A stretch of 64,000 nt of DNA from Amphiscolops sp. MND2022 (Eukaryota), in assembly GCA_964187785.1 (NCBI GenBank), contig OZ076413.1:44890001-44954000 (forward strand), read 5' to 3'. The position numbers and the translations under genes are program-made. A model generated the notes under the pieces. It ran no database searches and was not told the origin of the DNA. It saw nothing but the letters and a program-made list of their open reading frames with translations. Of the stretch, positions 1 to 11,200 are shown piece by piece (position 1 is the stretch's first letter; every line of letters starts with the position of its first letter).

Positions 1-175
1 GATTGTTTCTAGTCAAATTGAAACTGTACTGCGATATAAATCAGAGGAAATAATCAAATGTGTCATATTTGAAGAAATTTCATTATAAATGCATTCACAA
101 ATACCGTTGGAAAACATTGCTCGCGGTTTCATGCATCCATCGATGTATCCTTCGAAGGATATACGTTTCTCACAG

Positions 176-296
176 GAAAATTAACAGATTGACCGAGGCA
201 TTAACAACACAACAAGAATGCATTGAAAATTCAGCAGATTTCCTTCTGAGCAACTTTTATGAGACAAATGTGGACAAAAGACTCCCAAAGTCTTAG
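176..296 (+). CDS. possible terminal coding exon of a gene lying upstream of the window
   Basis: Acceptor tttctcacag at 166-175. Only the phase-2 frame stays open (KINRLTEALTTQQECIENSADFLLSNFYETNVDKRLPKS*). No recognisable homology. Confidence 0.3.
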
Positions 297-1334
297 ACAA
301 CAAAAAGTGAGTATCATAATTGTTCATAAGGATTTTTCCCTATGAAATAACTAAGATGTTATCATAAGAAACGTAATACTCAACGAATTTTTAAACTAAA
401 ACTAAGAACTTGTTACCGGTAGGTCTTCAAAGCTTTGATCATACTTTATATCATACCATCTCAACTCAATAGAGTGGTGATCAGCCTGTTTTTTTTTGGA
501 ATCAGAGCATCCAAACACCTATCCTGGAAAATTTACCACAAAACCATGCCCCAAGTAATTGAAGCGGTTTTCGAAGCTTTTAGTTTGAGATCATTTCTTA
601 GCTCTACTTGATCTTTTAAGAGGCTAGCAAAATCAAGCTATCCGAACAAAAGTAATTTGACAATTTAATAGTTCAATACTCGATGCTGAGCTTCGTACGA
701 ATTGTCAACCAAAGCAAAAACGCATTCCACCTATTATTACCATCACTGCAATTGCTCAAAAAGCTAGATTTCAATACCAATACTTTTGAATAACTAATTT
801 TGGCATAACTAGACCAGATAAACCATGAAGTAAGAATTTGAACATCAAAAAGAAAAAAGCTGGTCAACAAAATCCAATCAATTCATTCAGTCACTGAATC
901 AGAACAATGATGAATGAATACAGTGCTTGATATTTCAAATTTTATAGCTTGGAATAAAATCATGCGCTTTCGAAATTTATTTTCAATCATCCCGAGCATA
1001 TTTTGATGACTTTATACCATATTTTAATAATCAACCCTGAACCAAAAAGAAGAAAAATGTGTATGTAAAAAAACTCATATGATTAAAGTTATGGTCAAGA
1101 ACAAAAATGTAAAATGTACTTTGTACTTGAAGGAAATACAACGTACAATACGAATGAAGCTATGTGATTCCAGATCTGTAAGGTCACAAAAATGATTGAG
1201 GATTTTCCAAAAGTACCAGCTTTTACCTGTGATTGAAACCATCGGCGGAACTGTGCAGTGCCAAATATAAACCTTGCCTGAGATATAAACGACAAAAACA
1301 CACTTTCTTAGCAAAAAAAATGAAATATTGCAAC

Positions 1335-1860
1335 AAGACGCCCGCTGAGCAGCGGGAAACGTCACTATAAACTATTTTAGAAACGACATTATTTTAGGGC
1401 TCGAGCGTAGCCAGTAAACCGAATTATTTCGCGTCAATTGATTCATACAAAAAAATTTATCCGAAAGAGAAAATGTTCAAAAAGTATTGTTTTACGGCTT
1501 TTACGACTACTCAAACTCTCAGAAACATCCAAAAAATGGAAACAATATGCACAAAACAGTTAATAGCAGCAATAATTGGGAAGTTCAGTCAATCAAAATA
1601 TCAGGGAAGTTGAATGGCCATATTCCGCGGTTTGGAGGCCGAATAGGCCGTTCTGCTGTTCTAAAACAGTGCCTTTTCCAGATACTCCATATAGCAAGCT
1701 GGGGTAATATTTTAAAAGCCAAGCGGTAAAAGATGGTCGGCTTGAAGCTGTGAATTTGATGTGACTCAAGGTTACAAATGTCTGTCTGCTGGCCGTTGAT
1801 CGTTTTATTTTTCTTCTCTCCAACATAACCTTCTTGCAAAATTAAGGGCAAGAACAATTG
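1335..1860 (+). repeat. dispersed repeat family with CCCGCTG-AG-CAGCGGG hairpin and GCTCGAGCGTAGCCA motif
   Basis: Segments recur at ~26440-26520, ~29090-29300, ~38960-39345 (reverse) and ~53590-53630. Confidence 0.55.
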
Positions 1861-1978
1861 TGCAAAACAAAAAATGAGTTGAAGGAGATTCTTACTATTT
1901 GAAAAATCGTTTGGTTCTTCTATTATTTTACGAAAAATTCTAATCTTTTACCGTTTGAAAAGTATTCGAAGTAGTCAA

Positions 1979-2530
1979 TTTTCAGTCGGCGCTTCATGAA
2001 GTGAAACGCGACTATTATAGTGACTTTTTTCAATCCACACGAACTGACCAAAATAGTTCTTAAAAGTTTTACAATTTTTATGGTCCCAAATTGAATCATT
2101 TGGCCTAACCAACTGAACCAAAAAGGTTTTTCCTTCTTTCGCGTAACATACAATATCGGTAGAGACTAAAGAGTCCCCCTTTCAGTCTTTTTCGGCATTG
2201 TGAGACTTTTTCTGAAAAAATCCCCTAAAGGGTCCCTTTATTTTTTTGATTTTTTGCGACAGAATGAATGTTGAAAAATCCCAAAGGGTCCCCCTTTCAG
2301 TTTTTTTGGCATTGTGAGACTTTTTCCGAAACTTTTTTCATGAAAGGGTTCCTTCAATTTTTTGATGTTTTGCAACAATGGATGTTAAAAAATGCGAAAG
2401 GGCGCGCCAATTCGGTTCAACTTTTTGGATTTTTCAGGTACTGTAGAAGAGAATACTTTGACACTTTGAAATCCTTTTGCTATTTTTGAGCCTTAGATAT
2501 GGAGCCGACTTGGACGGGTCCCGGTTTGTT
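1979..2530 (+). mobile_element. HINE/Helentron-like non-autonomous element, family A
   Basis: 5' T-run + AGTCGGCGC subTIR with adjacent partial inverted repeat (..CGCGACTA). 3' GAGCCTTAGATATGG-GCCGACT subTIR + short hairpin + TTGTT. Confidence 0.65.
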
Positions 2531-2539
2531 TAGTTTCCA

Positions 2540-3030
2540 TTTTTAGACGGCGCTTTTCTTAAGAAAAGAGCCAGACTATTACAGTCACTCGTTTTTTTTT
2601 ATTTAAGACAGACTCGAAGCGACGAACGTTAAAATTAACGTTCAACTACTAAATACAGTACTACCAAAATACTGGCAGCGCATTTGAGATAGTGCAAAGG
2701 GTCCCCCCTAGGAGTAAGTCCATTTTTAACGTAAGATACAAAACAGGACGAGACTATAGGGTCCCCCCTTTGAGTTTTTTCGGCACTGTGCGACTTTTTT
2801 TTCGAAAATTTTTTTGTCACCAAAGGGTCCCCCCTTCGAGTTTTTTGATATTTTGCAACGGAATGTATGTTAATAAATCCAGAAGGGTCCCCCTTTTACT
2901 TTTTTCTGCACTATGCAACTTTTTTTGAAAGAAAAAAATTTTCAAAAATTTCAATTTTTTTTCCAAAAAAAATCTTTTGCGCTTTTTGAGCCTTAGATAT
3001 GGCGCCGACTTTAGACGTTCCCGTCTTGTT
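2540..3030 (+). mobile_element. HINE/Helentron-like element, family A
   Basis: 5' ttttagacggcgc; 3' ggcgccgactttAGACGttccCGTCTtgtt. Internal AAAGGGTCCCCC and TTTTCGGCACTGTGCGACT modules. Confidence 0.65.
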
Positions 3031-3105
3031 ATTAGTATCTCAAATCTACAAAACAACAAAAAAGTAGACAAAAAAAGCAAAAAACTCAAAAGACACGAAA
3101 CTGTA

Positions 3106-3680
3106 TTTTTAGTCGGCGCTTCATGAAGTGAAACGCGACCATACTAGCGGCTTTTTTTCAGTCCACACGAACTGACCAAAATAGTTTTTGAAAGTTCTAC
3201 GAAATTTTATGGTGTCAAATTGAAGCATTTGGCCCAGGGACTTGAACCAAACTAGTAGTTCCTTTTTTTCCGAGCAATACCGGGCGAGAATAAAGGGTCC
3301 CCCTTTCCAAATTTTTTCGGCAGCGTGAAACTTTTTTCGAAATTTTTTTTCACGAAATTGTCTCCCTTCCAATTTTTTGACGTTTTGCGATAGAATGGAT
3401 GTTGAAAAATCCCAAAGGGCCCACCCTTCCAGTTTTTTGGCTTTGCGAGACTTTTTTCGAAAAACTTTTAATGACTTCAAAAGGTCCCCCTTCAAGTTTT
3501 TTGATGTTTTGCGACAGGAACGATGAAAAAACTGGAGGGGCCAGGAATCCGGCGCGCCAATTCGGTCCAACTTTTGGCTTTTCCGGTACTGTAAAAGAGA
3601 ATAGTTGACACTTTGAAGTCCCTTTTTCTATTTTTGGGCCTTAGATGTGGCGCCAACTTATGCCTTTGCCGGTTTGTGTT
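3106..3680 (+). mobile_element. HINE/Helentron-like element, family A
   Basis: 5' tttttagtcggcgcttcatgaagtgaaacgcgac; degenerate 3' ggcgccaactt..ccggtttgt. Confidence 0.6.
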
Positions 3681-3743
3681 TATTTGTTCACGGATTTCTT
3701 TGGTTGAAAAACAATGGATGGATTTCTTCATTAAACAGATTTA

Positions 3744-4025
3744 GCGTTTTCAAAGTACGGTTATAACGTTTTCAAAGTTAGGATGTATCATTTTCAAAGT
3801 ACTGATGTAACGTTTTTCAAGTTTGGATACAGTGTTTCAAAATTTGATTGTAACGTTTTCGAAGTTAGGATGCAACGTTTTCAAAGTTTGGATGTAACGT
3901 TTTCAAAGCTCGCATATAACGTTTCAAAGTTCGAATGTAACGTTTTCAAAGTTTGAGTATAGCCTTTCAAAGTTTGGATGTAACGTTTTCAAAGTTCGGA
4001 GGTAACGTTTTCAAAGTTCGGATGT
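3744..4025. repeat. ~22-bp minisatellite (consensus ~GTAACGTTTTCAAAGTTTGGAT)
   Basis: About a dozen degenerate head-to-tail copies are visible. Confidence 0.85.
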
Positions 4026-4929
4026 TGAATAATCACAGAGGGCTTCCCTTTACTTTTTCTCTGCCTTGTGAGACTTTTTTGATATCTTTTTATTACCTTC
4101 AAAGGTTCCCGCTGCAATTTTCTGATATTTTGCAACTGAATGGTTGTTTAAAACTCCGAAAGGGAGCGCCACAGTAAGTAGCTAGAGATCCGACTCAATT
4201 TCGATTCATGATATCAGCAGGAAATTTTTTTGAAAATTTGTCTTCATCCTCATCTGAAACTGCCCAACACCTCGGGCAATCTCCCATATCGAAAGGATTT
4301 AAGAAACTATATAAGTTAGTCACATTTTTCTTCCAATAGGCTTGATTTCAGTCTGCATTGGTTCTCATGAGCCCGAAGTTATATATGCTTATATGCTACT
4401 GCCGCGACCCGCTCCCGGTCGCAATTTCACTCGCTGTTCCAGTATCCCAGCATTGGCCCGAGGCCGAGGACACGGAAGCATTAAGTATTTTTGAACTAAC
4501 CTTAAACTAACAACAAAACTAAGCAACCAATTCTACTTACAGTACAGTTAAGTGTTTGATGAATGAACAGCTTTTCGAGCAATAAAATTACAAGTACGGA
4601 ATATTCTCGGGAAATGATCCTAAAATAGCTAAAACTTCCGGTCCTGCGTTTCTACGTGTGATAATTTCATTTCCGGTTTCTCATTCTGAAATTTCATACT
4701 GATCTAAATAACAAAACATGAACAAAATTTCAAAAATAAATCATTTCCTTTTTGACATCCTGAAAAGAAACATTGAAAATAATATCTAATCCGTAATCCC
4801 AACGAAAATCATATGATCTAAAATGAAAAGGGACATACAAAAGAGTATAGTGGAGTGTTTTCCGGTACGGAAAATAGTTGTTAGAATTCACTTAAATCAC
4901 AGTCAAGTAATTTAAGCAAACAATAACAA

Positions 4930-6705
4930 CGTTATGACAGCGTCGCTCAAATAAGCCAGTAGGCGATATTTCTATTTTTTTACGGACCAATAGCGTCGTA
5001 CCTTAGCTAAGTTGTTTGAGCTCCTGCCAATAGGACGCGAGCTTAACCTAATAAGAATGTTACTATAGCAACGCTAACTAGCTAAAAGAAAGAGAATGAC
5101 TGCCTACGCTCTCGGCTATATCTCCGCCAGCCCTCATTCAGCTATATTTAATCTTGATACGTACAGAGCGCTTACGGAGCAAATTGTAAAATTGTAAAGC
5201 TATACCTAATCTTAGTACGTACGGAACGTTTACGGAGCGAATTGTAAAATGATGAATATGAAAAGAAGCTCGATGCTAATTCTAAGAATGATTTTACAGG
5301 AAGACAACGTATTTTGGGAATATGATCCAATATAACAAAACCTGTACTGTAGGGGAGAATATGGTGAGAGTATCCTCGAATTTCTGCTGATGATAGTTAC
5401 ACGGGTTACGTTTACCTTACGTTGCAAATGATCTGATTTAGAAAAAGTCGTTATCAGATATTTTATCATATGCATAACTTGGAAGGTAATTGAAGGAGCG
5501 AAGTCGCAACGTAAGCTCATTATTTTCCAAGGTGCAATTCCTCGAGCCAAGACTACTATTCCTACTGTGTATTTCTTCATAATCAAGTAATGCTATTATT
5601 GCTGTCTTGGTTCTGTTGTTTGAGTTTGTATCATCTTAAAATAACGGATTGTTTCCGATTAAAGTCAAGTTATGTTGCTGTTTTGTTAATTATGTAAAAT
5701 AGTGCAATTTGGTATTGTTTTGAAAACTGTATCTTAATCAGTGCAATAGTGTTTCATGTCACCAACAATAATTGGAATACGTTATTCCAGCATCGTTTGT
5801 TCCTATCAATATCTATATATTTCCACTCCCGAAATTCTCTGCTCCGTTTTAGTTCCGTTGCCATTTTTGAGTGTCACACTTTTACTTCGAATCTCAGCTT
5901 CCCAAGTTGGGAATTGACCAATGGATCACGCCGGCGTGCCTTCGTCGATGAAAATGTGAACTAGACTTTTATTTTGCCGCAATTTGGAAGCTCAAACAGG
6001 AAATGGAATTGCCTGAACAAAAATGATTTCAACAATTATTACGAAATGACGACGCAACTAGGAATTTCGATACCTGATTTTGTGATACAGGTCTGAAATA
6101 ATCTGAATCATAGAAGGTTTTTAGTGAAAAAACCCAATTTTTTTGATACCTAGAAATTTTTAGGTGAGGTGAGGAACAAATGATGCTAGGAAGGTATTAA
6201 CCGTTGAACCTACATGTAAATTTTAGTCAATACTTTTGCTCTTCTAAAACGATAATCTCCGTCGTTGAAACGAAAATCATTTCCTCGAAGAATTTATTCT
6301 GTACCGAAGCTCTCATATTTTCATCTGTATAAAATGACAACTAGAAGCCAGAAAAGGAAGTCAGTAGCCGAGCTAATTTCCCGAGAATCCGAAACTCCAT
6401 CAGTAGAAAATAACCAATCCGAAAATTTGATTGCATGTCCTAGCAAATCTAGAGTACAACCCGAAAATATAGAAGAAATAAAGCATCTTTGAGGAAAGAA
6501 ATAATGTCTGATCTAGCAAAAATGTTAGCAGAAAATCAAAAGGATATAATGAAACTCATAGTACCTATGGGTAAAAAATCATGTACTCATCAAAATGTTC
6601 AATACTCTGATTCTGAAACAGAAAACATCTGCGTAGCTCGAACGTCCACCCCAGTGAAAACAAATACGACTACATCTGAAACTTCCCCGATAAATAGTCG
6701 TAACG
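4930..6705 (+). mobile_element. possible solo LTR of an LTR retrotransposon, with a frameshifted gag-like N-terminus at its 3' end
   Basis: Inverted termini CGTTATGAC..GTCGTAACG. Broken ORF MTTRSQKRK../RKEIMSDLAKMLAENQK..ARTSTP..INSRN (6333-6705) runs up to the right terminus. Internal 58-bp-spaced duplication at ~5158-5250. No TSD found. Confidence 0.4.
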
Positions 6706-6840
6706 GCTACTTTGAAATAGTCTGTCCTATTTGAAATAAGATGATTCAAGTAATCACCATTATTTGTCTTATCTAATTTTTTTAAGAAACTTTTTTTACA
6801 GATGACCCCTGGAACAATTTTAACACTACGTTTTTTTTAG

Positions 6841-6934
6841 CATTTGGTATACTAGTATGAAGGAATAAACATCTGAAACTGTTCAAGCATTTGTTATACT
6901 AGTATGAAGGAATAAACATCTGAAACTGTTCAAG
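6841..6934. repeat. 47-bp tandem duplication
   Basis: cattt(g)gtatactagtatgaaggaataaacatctgaaactgttcaag twice, near identical. Confidence 0.9.
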
Positions 6935-7483
6935 TTCTTTTTTGATAGATCTAGTATGTTCGATAAAACTCAATAAATATCGAGGAGAATGAAACGGTAC
7001 GAAAAGTAATGATTGATATGGGCATGCTCACGACGTTATCAACAATTCATTACTTTTCGGTTTTTTCCGTCCAAATTTACTTCGTTTAATGTTTTTGTTG
7101 GAAATAATTGATCAACTTTTTAAATAGTGTTGCTAAGCTAGTAAAAATTTAGACCTTTATGCTAAGCGAGCGTTTCATGTATTTACGAAGTCTACTAGAA
7201 TTAGAGCTACTTTGAAAGTGAACAAAATCAATTTTAGTTTGATGTACGTCAAAATTTGCGTACTTCAAAAGGTTATAAAATGTTGAGAAACTGCGTTTGT
7301 GCTGATCCCCGATTGATTCCAATACTTGACCTCAATGATAAAATTAGCTCCTTAAATCAAGAACTTGTTTCTGTTGCATTTTTAGTCGACATTTTCTTGG
7401 AAATTCTGAATATAGTAGTAGCTTTTTAGGACCAACGATCTGACACACTTCTATAAATTCTATAAAGTGTACCTTACTTGTTT

Positions 7484-7610
7484 CCGAGTTTTGGCCTAGC
7501 GGTTAACGCGGAATTCCAGGCTTGGTGACGGGGTCTGAGCACCAGGAGTCCGAATGTTCGAGTCCCACACTAATCGGCGATTCAGTTCCATTTCAGAAGT
7601 GGACTTTGTT
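7484..7610 (+). mobile_element. tRNA-derived SINE head or tRNA pseudogene
   Basis: A box TGGCCTAGCGG (7492-7502) and B box GTTCGAGTCC (7556-7565). No clean cloverleaf. Confidence 0.5.
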
Positions 7611-8202
7611 TAAAAATCAGCTATTTTGCTCCACTTCCTTTCTTGCAACTTAATTTAGAAACTTAGCATAAAAGAAATATCTAGAAGAAGCTTCAAGTAA
7701 CAAAGAGAACTGATGGTTGTTGGTTTCAATCGAATACCTCACGGAAGCAAATCTGAGAAACTTCCTGCTTTCAAGTTTTATAAATTTTAAGAGTCAATTG
7801 TTTCATTCCAACAGATTTTTTTTCACATCAAAGTGAACTGATCGAGTAGTAGGAAGATTACGTTGGTTCGAAAACACTTTACTTTGTCAGTGAGTTTGAA
7901 ATTTCTGATTTTTAGAGCTTCGGGCCACTAAGGTAATTTAAGGTGATAACTTCAACTCTAAACATGTTCTCAAATTTTTGATTGCGCAATAATCAACGTG
8001 AAACAAATAATTCAATCTCATTTCATTAAAACCAATGGCAACACTGATTAGGAAAATAATAGGTCAACATTTTCATGGAAAATCAACAATACTCGAACCA
8101 TTATCTCAACAAACTATCCAAAAGTAACAAAATATTCAATATGAGAGTTTCAAGTTCAAAACAGGTTTTCATCAAAGCAATTCAACAATTGCACAGTTCC
8201 AA

Positions 8203-11200
8203 TCAAAATCGTTTAGCCAACTTCGCAGAATTTCCCAGCAGAGTTGTCTGTCTTTGAGAAGTGTTCCACGAACTTTGAGAGGTGTTGCTGCGACTAGAGG
8301 CGGCGGTTGTAGAGCGACCAGAAAAGATGTTGGCACTTCCTGAAACAGTAATAATTGGTGCACCATTCTCTGGGTTCATTTATTCACAGAGACGTTCTAG
8401 TCACACACACTACGATAAGATTGAGCTTGATCTGAAAACCTTTGGAAATGAATAGTTTTTATTCTATTATTGAGCAAAATTTCTAGTTGTGAGCCACATT
8501 TAAAGTCGAACTCCTAATATAGAAATGTGATTACCTGCATTCACATGGCGGCATTACCCCAAATGCAAAAACCAACTAGTTCAGGGGTGAATGCCCAGTG
8601 GTTTTGGCAAAATTCTACTTAGAGGGCTGATGCCCCGAAACTGGTAAGACACGCTTTGGATAAGAAATTCAAATTCAAGCTTTTCTCAAATAATTTAAAA
8701 TCAAGAAATTTAAACCCAGAGAAAATTTCGCAGTCGATTGCGACATTTAATCATAATTGAGAGCAGAAAAAACTGCGTATCGATTATTTTTTGAAAAGCC
8801 CAGAAGTATAACAAGCCTTTCCAACCCTATACACCATTACACGTTGTATTTATTGATAACATGACCGTGGAGACTGACCTTGAACCTCGTCATTGTCGTC
8901 AGAGTCCTCGTCAATGATATTAGAGCGAGCAGATCTGAGGGGAGGATCATCTAAACCTCTTTTGGGGGCTGTCCTCCTAGAAGTAGCTGTTCGTGTGTTT
9001 GACGACGCAGAGATCGCGTCTGAGTCATCACTATCCAGCAACTGTGGCTCGTTCGAAGAGGCACCAGTCTGAAAATGATCAGTTGCATGTTGGAAAGGGC
9101 ATGTACATACTAAGCATACAATGTACAGAAAAAGAAAATTAAGGATACAACTACCTGCTAGACATTTTGTTCCAACGGAAGTTAATAATATACTATTTCA
9201 AGATGATACACAGAGTATCAGGAAGAAGTTTGACAGAGCAAAATTAAATTTTCAATTGAAAGTTCTCAACTTTTCGATCTAACCCCTCCTTATTTCTCTT
9301 TGTCAACAAAATAACAGCACAAGAAAATAGTCTTTCAACTGCACTGGTGTCGGGTGAAACGCTTAGTACTTGACAACAAAGTTATTGGAAAGCCGGATTT
9401 AACATATCCAGAATTCTCATAATGCATGTCGACTATTTCAATGCCAGATATGCTTGTTTACAAAATTGTTACAAAATCTTAGTTTACAAAATTGTTTGAA
9501 ATTTCAGCTACTTATATCGTCAAAGTAAGAAGCAAATTTAGAAAAATAAATTCGAATATTTTCGAAATTTCAGTGACTTGAAAAAATTGTAGCGAAACTT
9601 GTTCGATATGATACTTCTTATACAGTTCTGTGAAAATGTAATGGGACCACAAAACAGATTTGAGTTAAAAAACAAAACAAATACTTAAAAAGCACTGGAA
9701 CTACTTGAGAATTAGACAGACAAAAGGTTGAAATTTCATTTTTGGCTTCTAATATACCTGAACGATGCTTATCACCATGACCTTCTTTTAAAAAGCTAGT
9801 TATTTTCCTCCTGAAGTTCATTTTATTCAAAACTGAAAGTTTTTAAGGGTGATCAGAAGATGATCTTCTGATCACCTTAAAAACTTTCAGTTTTGAACAA
9901 AATAAACTTCAGGAGAAAAAAAACTAGCTTTTTAAAAGAGGGTTAGACATCATGAAAATAATTGTGAAATCAACAAAATTTTACATTCTAGGCATTAAAA
10001 AAGAAAAAGTGTTACTCCAAAACCAGTATGCTCAGAGAAATTCATGGCAAACATTTGATTAGAACGTCTAGAAAACATTAAAAAGTGCAATTCTGATCAA
10101 ATTTTGTCCGAAGTTGAACTTTTTTTTACTGCAATTCTGGCTGCAAAAAAATTCTAACATTTTTTGAAAACTACAAATTCTGAATGAATTTACTTCCTAG
10201 CAGATAAAATTTATTCCTAGCCATTTTCAAGAAACCATTATTTTAGAACGCTCCTGTTAATGTAGTAGTTAACTATAGCAGTCAATGCTCGCCGACTTAC
10301 TTTCTGTCAATAATACTGATCTGTTCACCAGATACCAAGAGTAGTCTTATGTAAATTATACATGTAAATCGTATTTTGAAAAGCCGGGAACTCTGAAACA
10401 TTTGGGGCTCAGAATTCTCAAAATTCTTCAACATAGCTAAAAATGTGTTGCTTAAATTTTTAAAGAGCAAAAAAATTAAGGATCTCTCTATACTATATGG
10501 TAAAGAAAACAAGCTGGGACCGGCCCAAGTCGGCGCCTTATCTAAGGCTCAAAAATAGCAAAAGGACTTCAAAGTGTCAAAGTATTCTTCTACAGCACCC
10601 GAATTTTTTTTTTGAAAAAGTCTCGCAATGCCGAAAAAAACTGAAAGGGGGGACCCTTTGGTCTCGTCCGGTATTGCATGCTACGCAGGAAACCTTTTTG
10701 GTTCAGTTCCCTGGGCCAACAGGGGCAAATTAAAATTTTGTAGAACTATTTTGGTCACTTCAGGTGTATGGAAAAAAAGCACCGACGAAAAGCCATGACT
10801 ATAGTCGGCTCTTTTCAAGAAAAGCGCCGAATAAAAATTCGTTTAAAAAAATCCCAAAACGACGATCAACAACTAGCAATTTCTTTACGGATTTTAATCA
10901 TTTTATACTATTTTCGAAAAATACAATATATTCCGTGGCGAAAAAATTCAAGGATCTGTCGATACTATGAAGAAAAAATTCGTAAAAAATCCCGAAAAGA
11001 CGTTAATTACTAGCATTTCTTTTACGGATTTAAATCAAGTTATAGTATCGTTGAAAAATACAAAAATATTTTAGCCCTCATCTTTTAGAAACCGCCGAAA
11101 TTAGCCAAGGGCAAAAGTTGGCAAGATTTGCTGATTTCAACGACATTTTTTTCATTTCAATTTGTAGCTGTTCTCCTGGCTGTTGGGCCTTGAAAATTGA

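Noticed and set aside
2268..3731. K/F-rich ORFs with recurring peptides ([29 protein letters not shown]), here and at other HINE copies
   Set aside because: They are chance translations of the non-coding repeat termini and A/T runs; frames differ between copies.
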